Shown here piece after piece: positions 17,465-27,000 of a DNA stretch of 53,570 bases (position 1 is the stretch's first letter; every line of letters begins with the position of its first letter). The DNA is from a virus (taxonomy: Duplodnaviria; Caudoviricetes): the IMG/VR virus record IMGVR_UViG_3300028840_000680, positions 1-53,570 of that record; one strand, 5' to 3'. The notes beneath the pieces are model-generated. The model searched no databases and was not told where the DNA came from. It was given only the letters and a program-made list of their open reading frames with translations. Both the position numbers and the translations under genes were made by a program.

Positions 17465-18589
17465 TTACTCTTCTTTATCTACGTCGTAGAAATCGCCTGC
17501 GTCTCCCTCGCGATTATCAAACTTCTTGATAATCTCCTCATCCATAATCTCAAATACTCGATTTCTAAATTTATCGTCCTCTAACTTATCTAACCAATGG
17601 GCTGACTGGAACTTCTCTTCTGTGCCGTCTGGATAAACCAATGAATACCAAGCACCTGCTTGCTTCAGGTTATCGGAGATCTTAATTGCCTGCAGCCAAC
17701 TTTCTCTATCCTGCACACCGATGTCTTCTGAGCCCCAAAGAATCTTGAAAGCACAGTTTCTACCGGCAGTTCCAAATCGTGACTTCTCCAACTTAACTTT
17801 TACTTCTGAACCAATGCGGAAGCCACTATCATCTAAAATAAAGGCAGCTTTTGCCTTTCTTCCTGTTAGCCAAATGCGCAGGGAATAAACATAATGCATT
17901 GACTTACCACCCGGAGTGATGTAAGGCGTCGTCATAGCAATAATACGCGCATTTGGACCCTGTGGGATATTCGTCTTCAACTGATTGAGAACCAAAAACG
18001 CAGACTGTGTGTTTGCGATTGGAACCGTCAGCTTTGACATTCCCTTTGATAGAACACGAGCCTTGACAGCCATTGTAGAGTTCGGGTTGAAATCTCCCTC
18101 TACATCTGAAACAGTCGGGGTCAGAGCAAGCGAATCCCAAATGAATAGGGTTCGCTCTGCTCCTGAATCCAAAACTGCCTCAACAGTTTCAAGGACGTGC
18201 TCTACGCTCTGTGCCTGAACGTAAATAAGGTTTTCTAAATCACATCCCGTGCGCTGCAAAAAGCCCGGGTCAATAGCAGACTCAGAGTCCATATAAACAA
18301 CATTCATACCCATCTTCTGTGCGTTCGCAGCAATCTGCGCAGCCATAAAAGACTTTCCTGTTGCTTCAAGGCCAGCAATCTCCGTAAACTTGCCGACTGG
18401 AATGCCAGCCAACTGTCCTCGGCAAATGATAGAATCAAGCCAGCGTGAGCCAGTTGGAATCCACTCCTTTACCTCGGTAGGGTTTGCTTGATTTAGATTG
18501 TGGGCACACTCCACTCCTGAAGTCTTGTTAATGAGACTTCGTAGACCGTCAATCGAAATCTTGCCAGCCTTTGATTTACTCTTCGCCAT
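17465..18589 (-). CDS. recA: RecA/UvsX recombinase
   Basis: IPTGS, GIPVGK, GLEATGKS, MDSESA, IWDSL, NQLK, TPGG. Confidence 0.92.
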   Translation of the reverse strand: MAKSKSKAGKISIDGLRSLINKTSGVECAHNLNQANPTEVKEWIPTGSRWLDSIICRGQLAGIPVGKFTEIAGLEATGKSFMAAQIAANAQKMGMNVVYMDSESAIDPGFLQRTGCDLENLIYVQAQSVEHVLETVEAVLDSGAERTLFIWDSLALTPTVSDVEGDFNPNSTMAVKARVLSKGMSKLTVPIANTQSAFLVLNQLKTNIPQGPNARIIAMTTPYITPGGKSMHYVYSLRIWLTGRKAKAAFILDDSGFRIGSEVKVKLEKSRFGTAGRNCAFKILWGSEDIGVQDRESWLQAIKISDNLKQAGAWYSLVYPDGTEEKFQSAHWLDKLEDDKFRNRVFEIMDEEIIKKFDNREGDAGDFYDVDKEE

Positions 18590-18749
18590 CTTTATCCCTT
18601 TCTTCTAACATGTATCTTTTATACATTTCCTCAGCAAAATCTTTATGTAATGCTGAAAGACTTTCCTCAATCTCGCTGATCTGTCGCAGTAACCCTGACA
18701 GATACCACCATATTAAACAACCCGACAGAATTACGGCGACAATGATCAT
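18576..18749 (-). CDS. Small membrane-anchored hypothetical protein
   Basis: MIIVAVILSGCLIWWYL hydrophobic N-terminus followed by a coiled/charged tail; GGAG RBS. Confidence 0.55.
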   Translation of the reverse strand: MIIVAVILSGCLIWWYLSGLLRQISEIEESLSALHKDFAEEMYKRYMLEERDKDGEE

Positions 18750-18753
18750 TGCA

Positions 18754-18966
18754 TCACTCCGCGCTATCGTCGTCGTCGCCTGCCGAATCATCATCATCGG
18801 CAGCTGAATCGTCGTCGTCGGTGACGGACGAATCATCGTCATCAGCTACAGATGAGTCATCATCATCGACCTCTGCACTTGGACAGCCACCTAATACTAC
18901 CGTGCTGATAACAAAAAGGCAAGCCAAAAATGTTACAAAAGTAGCAATACTTACACGCTTGAACAT
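18754..18966 (-). CDS. Small lipoprotein with DDDDS repeats
   Basis: Signal peptide, LGGC lipobox, five DDDDS units. Confidence 0.75.
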   Translation of the reverse strand: MFKRVSIATFVTFLACLFVISTVVLGGCPSAEVDDDDSSVADDDDSSVTDDDDSAADDDDSAGDDDDSAE

Positions 18967-18979
18967 ACTATTTTCCTTT

Positions 18980-19510
18980 CTAGTTTAGTGTTAGAGTTCC
19001 GTTAGGGGTCTCGACAGAAACCTCAAAAGCGGAAACAAAAGTGTCGGCATCAAAATACTGAAAACGACCGGTGGTGGCAGCATCAGCGTTGAAGATATCG
19101 CTAATACGAACCTGAACCTCAGTAGAGATATCACAGCGACCACGCTTGTAATCATACTGCTCGGTTGAATACTCTAGAGAATACTCACCATCGTAAATGG
19201 TCTCAGCAAGACGCTCGGTAATGTACTCCTCAAAATAATCCTCTCCGCGCTCGTAATCATCAAGCTCTCCATTGTCGCGTAGATTATTAAGAATATCGTC
19301 GCCAACGCTTGGAGTGCCCCAGCCGCCATATACAGGAATGCCAGAAGCAAGCAAACTTGCAAGCAAGCCAGCAGTTGCAGTCTCGTGAACCGAGTCCGTA
19401 ACATACCCATCATTGATGTGCCATACATCATTGCCCTCGCTGTACTTGAGGGTTACAAAAGTATTCGTGTCAACATTTAGCTCTCGTAGCCGATTTACAA
19501 AATCACTCAT
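18980..19510 (-). CDS. Hypothetical protein
   Basis: Start moved to MSDFVNRL (GGGAG RBS); acidic, 176 aa. Confidence 0.7.
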   Translation of the reverse strand: MSDFVNRLRELNVDTNTFVTLKYSEGNDVWHINDGYVTDSVHETATAGLLASLLASGIPVYGGWGTPSVGDDILNNLRDNGELDDYERGEDYFEEYITERLAETIYDGEYSLEYSTEQYDYKRGRCDISTEVQVRISDIFNADAATTGRFQYFDADTFVSAFEVSVETPNGTLTLN

Positions 19511-19577
19511 TTTTAACTCCCTTTTAAAGTGAAAAGTGAGACCCCTGTAACCCCGGGCCTCCCTGCGGAGGGGATAA

Positions 19578-20354
19578 TTAAAGAGCGCCAAGCTCTGCGA
19601 AGGCGGCATCGACGGCGTTGACCTCGCTATCGTTGTTCTTGTTGCCATACTTCCTGGTCTCGCTAGAAACCGACTCTGGATCATCAACCTGCGAGTTAAC
19701 AAAGTTATCAAGCATTGTCTGAACATCAGCAGTCGTCTTACGCTCAAACAGCCCACCAAAATCGGGGATGCTGTCAAGAAGCTCTGCGCACTTATCTGGA
19801 GTTAGATCTTCACAGAGAGCGGAGGAACGCCGACGCGGGACCAGCTTTGTCTGAGGGAACGACGCTCCAGGGGGCTTACCGTAAGTAAGAGTAAGGTCAG
19901 TGCCTGACTCGGTATCGGTAATATCTCCATACTCAGGGTTGAGTACAAGAGAAAGAAGATTCTCGTATGCGAGCTTTCCGTAACCCCAGACGCGAACTCC
20001 CGCATCCTCCTGACCACGGACCATAACCGGTGAGAAGAAACGCTGACGAACGAAGAGAGACTTGGCCATCTTCTTTGAGTGATCGTCGTTGTTATCTACA
20101 CCCTCACGCCATAGCTGAGAAGCGAAATCACATACGGGGCAGTTATCGCCAAAGTTACGCTTTGGACAAAGGAAGCCGCCCTTTTCTACATTGTAGTGGA
20201 ACCACATCTCCTTGAAGGGGTCGCCATCAGCAGTAGGCACGATACGAATATCCTGATCACCATCCTCGGGACGCCAGAAAACAGAGTTTCCACCCTTACC
20301 CTCACCTCGCAAGGCTGCGAGCTTCTCTCGCATTTTGTCTAGATTGATACCCAT
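19578..20354 (-). CDS. Single-stranded DNA-binding protein (T4 gp32-like)
   Basis: FWRP..G..IRIVP, WFHY, CP..FGDNCPVC, YGDITD..GTD, acidic tail. Confidence 0.85.
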   Translation of the reverse strand: MGINLDKMREKLAALRGEGKGGNSVFWRPEDGDQDIRIVPTADGDPFKEMWFHYNVEKGGFLCPKRNFGDNCPVCDFASQLWREGVDNNDDHSKKMAKSLFVRQRFFSPVMVRGQEDAGVRVWGYGKLAYENLLSLVLNPEYGDITDTESGTDLTLTYGKPPGASFPQTKLVPRRRSSALCEDLTPDKCAELLDSIPDFGGLFERKTTADVQTMLDNFVNSQVDDPESVSSETRKYGNKNNDSEVNAVDAAFAELGAL

Positions 20355-20385
20355 TTTTTATTTCCTTTCTTGGGTTAGAGTACGA

Positions 20386-21246
20386 TCAGCTAATATCCTG
20401 ATCGCCTAAAAGTTCTTCAACATACTGTACCATAGAAGAGTAACGAACGCAATAACAATATTTCTGCTCGTAACTCGTTCTGAACACACCATACGATACA
20501 TTGGTTCCTGTGTCAAGGCGAGATTTAACAAAGTTGTTAATCTTTCTGAAGAGTGTGCCGTCGTTCTTCAAATCATCCTCGCCAATACCGTAATAGTACA
20601 CTACGTCCTTGGTGTTTGTCAAGGGGTAAAACCATTTTTCTGTGTACTCAGTATAATCGTCGCCCTCTAATGATACTGCGCCAATGGTACAGATACGAGA
20701 CAACTCTGACGGTGTAATAAAGTTGCCGATTACAGGCTCTGAGTGCTTGAATACGTTTGTCATATGAATGATATTTACAATCGCTTGGTTTAGAGTATCG
20801 TAATAACCAATAATAGACATATCGCCAATGCTTCGCTCAATGTGCGCGTTATTGACCATAATAATACGCTCTAACACGCCTGAACGAGCATACTCTTGAA
20901 GAACAGAAGAAACAATTCTTTCTTGCTTCTTTTGTATCTCAGACATAATCGTTAGATCGCTTTCAATGTAAAGAACTGTAATCTTATTGTTTTGAAGTTG
21001 CTCCAACAAACGTAAAGAGCCACCAGAGATCTTTCCTGCGCCAGCAATAACAACCAAAACTTCTTCGTTTTGAATATCTAACTTTAGGTCAGGAAACTTT
21101 GCGTCATACTCTTCGTGAGAGGAACATTCCTTAATTATATTACTTGCGTCGTCGTTTGTATCGATAGTAAAAGTTTCATATTGCGGGAACTTTGAAAAAG
21201 CCTTCGCAATGTTACAACCTGCTTTTCCCAATCCCACAACAATCAT
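20386..21246 (-). CDS. Divergent tubulin/FtsZ-like protein
   Basis: VVGLGKAGCNIA (T1 loop), IDT, AGAGKISGGS (degenerate GGGTGSG), IIMVNN, YDTLNQAI. Confidence 0.65.
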   Translation of the reverse strand: MIVVGLGKAGCNIAKAFSKFPQYETFTIDTNDDASNIIKECSSHEEYDAKFPDLKLDIQNEEVLVVIAGAGKISGGSLRLLEQLQNNKITVLYIESDLTIMSEIQKKQERIVSSVLQEYARSGVLERIIMVNNAHIERSIGDMSIIGYYDTLNQAIVNIIHMTNVFKHSEPVIGNFITPSELSRICTIGAVSLEGDDYTEYTEKWFYPLTNTKDVVYYYGIGEDDLKNDGTLFRKINNFVKSRLDTGTNVSYGVFRTSYEQKYCYCVRYSSMVQYVEELLGDQDIS

Positions 21247-21557
21247 TCCTCAACCCACTCCAACATGTAACCCATGTCAAAGCCACCACACTCAATACGC
21301 TTAACAGTGACAGCCGTCATAACCTGAGCATCCGTGATGCCTTCTCTACTGAGAGTAAGGTGAAGGATTTCCACGATATCCGCAGCCTCTTCAGCACTGG
21401 GGTTTTCAACAAATTCCATTACTTCTTCTTGAAGCTTATTAAGCGCGGCGACTCTAAGATCCTCCCCATTAATAATAGTGGTTTGATGAGTTTTGCCGGC
21501 TTCTTCGATGATCTCTGGAATTCGATCTCGGACAAGCTTGTAATGTAATGTTTTCAT
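21243..21557 (-). CDS. MazG-like nucleoside triphosphate pyrophosphohydrolase
   Basis: KLVRDRIPEII, KLQEEVMEF, EEAADIVE, GGF. Confidence 0.82.
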   Translation of the reverse strand: MKTLHYKLVRDRIPEIIEEAGKTHQTTIINGEDLRVAALNKLQEEVMEFVENPSAEEAADIVEILHLTLSREGITDAQVMTAVTVKRIECGGFDMGYMLEWVEE

Positions 21558-22741
21558 AAATTTAATTTCTTCATTTCTCCAAGATTTCTGCCTGCCGAGA
21601 CATTGACCTTGAAGTTACCATAGCGGGTTTTTTTGAACGTGTCAAGTATTTCTACAATCGTCTGTCGTTCGTCGTTTGCGAGATCGATGTATACAGCATC
21701 GTGAACAAGAAATGCGATATTGCTTTTCATCCCCTCCAAAAGCTTAAAAACCTTATATGCCTGTTCATGCACCATATCAATCGTGGTGCTCTGTACAATG
21801 TAGTTCAGAGCGTGATGCTCGTCTACATTATCCATTATTCTACCATAATCTGTCTTGATTTTGAAGCCATCCCAGAACTTATTTCGAACAAAATCTTTGT
21901 TGTAAAGCTGCTGTAACTGCTTGTTTTCGTTGGAAGAATACAACCAAGCAAAAGTCTTTGTCTTTGCGTCTTCACGGGTCAATTGATTGTTGAAAACGTT
22001 CTGAACATTCCAATCGTGGATGTCATTTTGTGGCTGATCTTGCTCGGATAGAGCCAGGAGTACTCTCAACTCTGCTGCATTGAAATCAAGCTCCAAAAGC
22101 CAATCATTGTTCGGTTTAATGCACCCTCGGAACTCCTTGCCCATCGTCAAAATCGGAAAAGACTTAGGCTTTGTCGAAAGTCGGCCAGTCACCGTCCCCC
22201 ACGCATCATAATCACACACCCAACGCGACGTGCGAAGAGTGCGATGAAAGTTCTTGCCCTTCACAGAAGACAAAAGATGCTTGATAGGCTCAATATCGAC
22301 GTTTAGATCCCTCGACTCAATGTCAGAGAGCATTTGAACCAGATTCATCATATGCTGATAATTCTCAGGACGATCAAAGGTCTCCAAAACATGCTTTGTG
22401 ACCTCATTTTTCGCATTCATGTAACGATACAAAAAATACTCGGGCAACACGTCATAAAAGCAGTTATCGTCCAAAGAAAGGTCAGCGGTTTTGAAGGCTT
22501 TCAGACACGATCTAAGCGTCTTTTTGATTTCTTCCCAGTCAGCCTTCATATGCTCCGGACAAACGTCTGTAATCGTCGCTCCGTTGGCGTAGATGCGTGC
22601 TACTTCGTAATTACCCTCACCCATATGACTGGAATATTCCCAAGTGCCACCTTCTGATGGAAGATCCGTCGTAGAGTTTATCTGATTATCAGCGAAATAG
22701 CCAACACAATCGCGCTTGGCGTCTAGAACTTGAAAAAGCAA
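21554..22741 (-). CDS. Short family-A DNA polymerase domain protein
   Basis: TVTGRLS; motif A DFNAAELR; motif B REDAKTKTFAWLY; NYIVQST; motif C VHDA. TTG start with GGAGG. Confidence 0.8.
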   Translation of the reverse strand: MLFQVLDAKRDCVGYFADNQINSTTDLPSEGGTWEYSSHMGEGNYEVARIYANGATITDVCPEHMKADWEEIKKTLRSCLKAFKTADLSLDDNCFYDVLPEYFLYRYMNAKNEVTKHVLETFDRPENYQHMMNLVQMLSDIESRDLNVDIEPIKHLLSSVKGKNFHRTLRTSRWVCDYDAWGTVTGRLSTKPKSFPILTMGKEFRGCIKPNNDWLLELDFNAAELRVLLALSEQDQPQNDIHDWNVQNVFNNQLTREDAKTKTFAWLYSSNENKQLQQLYNKDFVRNKFWDGFKIKTDYGRIMDNVDEHHALNYIVQSTTIDMVHEQAYKVFKLLEGMKSNIAFLVHDAVYIDLANDERQTIVEILDTFKKTRYGNFKVNVSAGRNLGEMKKLNL

Positions 22742-22750
22742 GTTACCTCC

Positions 22751-24064
22751 CTAGTAAAGCTGCTGTGTAATTGAGCCCACTGTCGTTATATTACCAGAGC
22801 GAACCTGATTGTCAAGGTTATTTAAAACATCCGGGTTTAAGAAAAGGTAATCAAGCTCGTAAATGTAGTCGCGATAAATTAAATTAATGTAGTTAGAGAC
22901 ATTTTGAAGACCTGTTAGACTTTGATTTGGTCTAATTCTGTAGATATTGGCCAACTCTGTTCTTAACTTCTGTGTTATTTGTACTGGCTCCTTTGCCTCT
23001 AGGGATCTCAATTCCAAATACAAGTCAGCCAGAACCTTGTCGGACAAAATCTTATTGATTTGAGTGTCTACTGGTAGAGGAACACGGTTTTTGTTTTCAA
23101 CAGAAAACTTATCACAATTAGGTTTGTATAATTTTATTTGATATATTGGGTTGTTCTGAATAAAGTTATTGTAAGCATTAATTGAAAGTTGCTTGATGTT
23201 ATCAATGTCGCTTAAATAAGTTTGATCATAATAAACTTGAAAGAAGTTATCTTTGGTTATTAACGAATTTGTATCAGTATCATAATACCCATCAAACAAA
23301 ACTAAGCAAGCATCAGAAAACAAATCAACAGTTAGAACCCAAGGGATATTTTTATTGACAATAAAGCCAAACTTCTTTGCTGCTCTTATATAAAAGCCAA
23401 AGTTTGGGTCATTAATCCAATTTTCATATTTATAGTTATCGTCTTCCGGTGGACCGCTATCGATAGCAATTGACAATCCAGAGTTAAATGAATTTCCAAC
23501 ACCTGTCAGCAAATAATTTGTTTTTGTCACAGGTATGAAAGATGAAACGTTCTTTAAGTAAGCAAACCAAGTTTTTACGAATGTTTCAAAATTGATTATT
23601 TCATTTGATTGTTTTTCAGTTAACCCACTTACAAAGGAATTATAAAGTTGTTGAGTATATTCACTATAAATTCTTGTTGGGTCGTTATAGGCTTGGTATG
23701 CCTTCATATCAAAGATTTTTTCATTTGTATTCTGTGTTTTAAGAACCCCGAGAATTGTAGCGTTTCTCATATGAGACGCAAACTCTTCAAAAGCATCAAC
23801 AACAAAATTAAGGGCCAAAAGGTTTGACCGACCCACTGTTCGTAGAGGCTTTAGATTTTCATACGACGGAGTAATTGTGTTCTGCCTTTGGTCTATGCGT
23901 CCATAGTATTGCTTGTCATACCAAGTGTCAAGGGGAATCTTAATATCCGTGGGATAGATAGCCTCTCTATACATTACTCTCTGGAAATAAAGCGCAAAAG
24001 AAGATAGACCGTTATTGCCGGAAGGATTCTGTAAGTCAAATGGTGTATAATCGAAAGTAGTCAT
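22751..24064 (-). CDS. Hypothetical protein (end of tail/baseplate operon)
   Basis: 437-aa ORF; position only. Confidence 0.7.
   Translation of the reverse strand: MTTFDYTPFDLQNPSGNNGLSSFALYFQRVMYREAIYPTDIKIPLDTWYDKQYYGRIDQRQNTITPSYENLKPLRTVGRSNLLALNFVVDAFEEFASHMRNATILGVLKTQNTNEKIFDMKAYQAYNDPTRIYSEYTQQLYNSFVSGLTEKQSNEIINFETFVKTWFAYLKNVSSFIPVTKTNYLLTGVGNSFNSGLSIAIDSGPPEDDNYKYENWINDPNFGFYIRAAKKFGFIVNKNIPWVLTVDLFSDACLVLFDGYYDTDTNSLITKDNFFQVYYDQTYLSDIDNIKQLSINAYNNFIQNNPIYQIKLYKPNCDKFSVENKNRVPLPVDTQINKILSDKVLADLYLELRSLEAKEPVQITQKLRTELANIYRIRPNQSLTGLQNVSNYINLIYRDYIYELDYLFLNPDVLNNLDNQVRSGNITTVGSITQQLY
22788..22815 (-). promoter_or_regulatory. Sigma70-type promoter for the replication cluster
   Basis: TTGACA-16 bp-TAATAT with extended TG, inside the 3' end of the upstream gene. 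Confidence 0.5.
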
Positions 24065-24074
24065 AATAACAAAT

Positions 24075-27000
24075 TTATCGTGGGAGTCCTTCTACAAGAC
24101 CGTACGCGGCGATATCGGACTCGTCCCTGCCCGGGCCTGCTGCTATAGCTGCCCTCTCAATGGAGAGGGCAGCCCTCTCAACGGCAACAATCGCTTGTTG
24201 TTGTTTCGTTAGACGGCGGTCCACGTCCGGTGGAGGATCTTCAGCCTTAAAACTTTTCTCAAAGAAACTACCAACATCTCCTGTCGCAGGAAGAAGCTTG
24301 TTGTCCTTAAATTCGATACCCTCATGAAGCGCTGTTATCGAAACATCAAAAGAAGAAGGTGTAATAGTTGATTTAACCGAGGTAACCAAATAGTATCCGT
24401 GTAAACCTAGGTAATCTAAATATTCCTGACTTGCCCCCAGCAAAGAAGGATTAATGTAAATATACATACCGTTTTTATATAGAGTGTTGCCCACTAAATC
24501 AATGTTAGCGGAATAAAGTTCTCTTAGCTGTTCTGCTCCAAGGGCGCCTTCTTTTTGAATTCTCGATTCTCTCAAGTAAGCTTGATCTTGTCTAGAGAAG
24601 TTAATTGTTTTTACCAAACCACAAGCAGACCCCAAATAGTGATGGTATATGCCACGATTTGTGTCGAGATCGTATTCCCCAGATAATGCTTTAGGGCGGG
24701 AATCAGTTGAATAAAGCAATAGACCTAATTCTGTCTGCAAGGCATCCAGTTCGCAGGTAATTGCCGCTTGGGCGGCACCTAGTTTTTTAGCACTATAAAC
24801 TCCATTAGAAGCAAATCTAGAACTTTTTGCTTGTTCTTTAGATAGTGTTAATGGCTGTGCGTCGAACCTTTGTTGGAAATTAAATTCCTTTCCAAAACAC
24901 TTAGAAGAAAGCGCTTTTGTAATAAGTTCATTACAAACATCTTTAATAAAGTAAAGTAAGAAATAAGTGTTTTTTTCTTTTTTAACAACATTATTTTTAA
25001 ACCAAAGCTGAAAAGCATCTAAGGAAATAGGAATATCTCCTATGTTCATGGTTCTATAAATTCCATTTAGTTGCGGATTGTCTGTTGGGTTATCTTTTGT
25101 CACGGCATCAAGATAAGTAATATCTCTTAAGTCATACCCACAGTTAACTAAATCTTCTAAGTTTTTAAGTTTAAAAGCTTGTAGCGGATCAATCATTTCT
25201 ACGTCTGATATAAACATTTTAAAATTAAGAGGCTTTGCGCCAGCCTCGGCATTCTTCTCGTTATTAAATTTTATTTCTTCAATAACAGTATCGATTAGAT
25301 CTCCCAAAAAGAAGAAAGGAATGTTGATTTTTTGCTGATCTGTCAATTGATCAAATGTTTTAACCGCAGTTTCTGAAGCAGTTTTTGCTGTTTCGTTACC
25401 GCCGGCATCCGGACTCTGCTCAATCGCCTTTAGAAGTACGTTATTAAACTCTGGGATGGTCTGAAATTGGAATGTTTCATCTGTTTCTCTTCTTTTGACT
25501 CTTCTTTGCCTGTCTTCCGGGGATAAATCCTTATATGGAGTTTGAGTTAATTCATTTGGATTTAGTGAAATACTATAGATTCTTGAATCTCCGGGGAGTG
25601 TCGGACCGGGAGTAGCTGAAGAGAATATTCTTTTTAGAAGCTTCTTGTACTTAACGTTTCTATCAATGTTTTTAAGTTCTTTGATTTCTTCTAGCAGTTC
25701 TTTTTTCTTTTTCTTATCGTCGGGATCAAGCTCCTTACCGGACTCATCAATATCATCAACAGCGTTTTCTAGATTGTCTATGTCTTGTTCAATTAGCTTT
25801 GAACTAACATCAAAAATGTCTGCCGTTTTTCCAGTCAGCAACCCAGCCAAACTTGCTTGATATTGCACAGTTAGTTCTAAAGTTCCATTTTGATTAAAAT
25901 TAATCTGATGCTGGGTCATCTGTAAAAACAAAGAAATTCTAGAATCGTCAAATGCCTTTTCTAGAGCTTCGGCTTTTTCATCATTTTTTGTTAATTGCTT
26001 CAATGCCTCAAGGGGGGGGGTAGCCCAGCCAGCACAAATCTTGACCCTAAAGTTATGCCCTTGGTAATCTTGATGAAGCTTATTCCTTAAAAGATCATCA
26101 GAGCAAGGCTTTTCATCTGGTTTTTGTTTACGGCTTTTTTTGTCTTTTAATTTCTTTACTGCTGGAGAGTTAATAATTAAATCCAAAAAATTAGGCTCAT
26201 CTTGTCCTGCAGATCGCGCACCGTTAAAAAAGTCGTTAACAGACTGAAAATACATTACTAACGTAGCCGAGATATTATTGTCTACTTCAGCCGGCTGGAC
26301 ACCGTCCAGCGCCCAAGAGAAAGATTTGATGCCTGCACCAGGGGCTCTACCAACATCACCATCTAATATGTTTTGGACATCATTTTGTGTTAAAAAGTTA
26401 GGAATTTTTAAATCTTTTTCAACAGAAACATCTCTATCGCCAACTTTTTTAGTTTTTATGTTACCAACATTATCATATTCTAATCGTGAGATTTTTAAGT
26501 AAGGAACTAATAAACCGTATACTTCAGGGCAAATATCTAAAAAGTGCTTAATGTAATCTTTGTTGCCATGTTGAATTGTGTTTATAACGCTACCCGGATC
26601 ACCGTTGTTAGATACTTTAACAATATTTTTATAATTTGATGCAAACGCACCATTCTCTCTCTGATCAACAAGCTTTGAAATATTCTCTAGTAGAAAACAC
26701 TGAAAATCAAACGGAGTGAGTTTAGGCGGCTGCGGGAATTGATCTCTAACAGATGCCGGCGCATCTGCTAAAGTAGCTATTGATACTTCAGGATCAACCG
26801 GGCGACCCTCGTCGTCTCGCCGATCGGCTGCATCACCAAAGAAAGCCAAAATGTCTTGTAGTTGATCATTTCTTAAATCAAGATCGGCATTGTCGCCGGC
26901 GGGCCTGACTCCATACAACTCTAGTTTTCTATGATTGTTATCATAAAAGTTATTTATCGCAGTGTCTAGTTGATCAAAACGAGCTGCTAAGGCTCCTTGT

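Noticed and set aside
20393-20422. Possible sigma70 promoter TTGAAG-17-GATATT upstream of SSB
   Set aside because: Both hexamers are weak matches; insufficient support.
24148-24173. Inverted repeat GCTGCCCTCTC/GAGAGGGCAGC
   Set aside because: Lies inside a coding region with repeated ERAA codons and has no U-tract; function unsupported.
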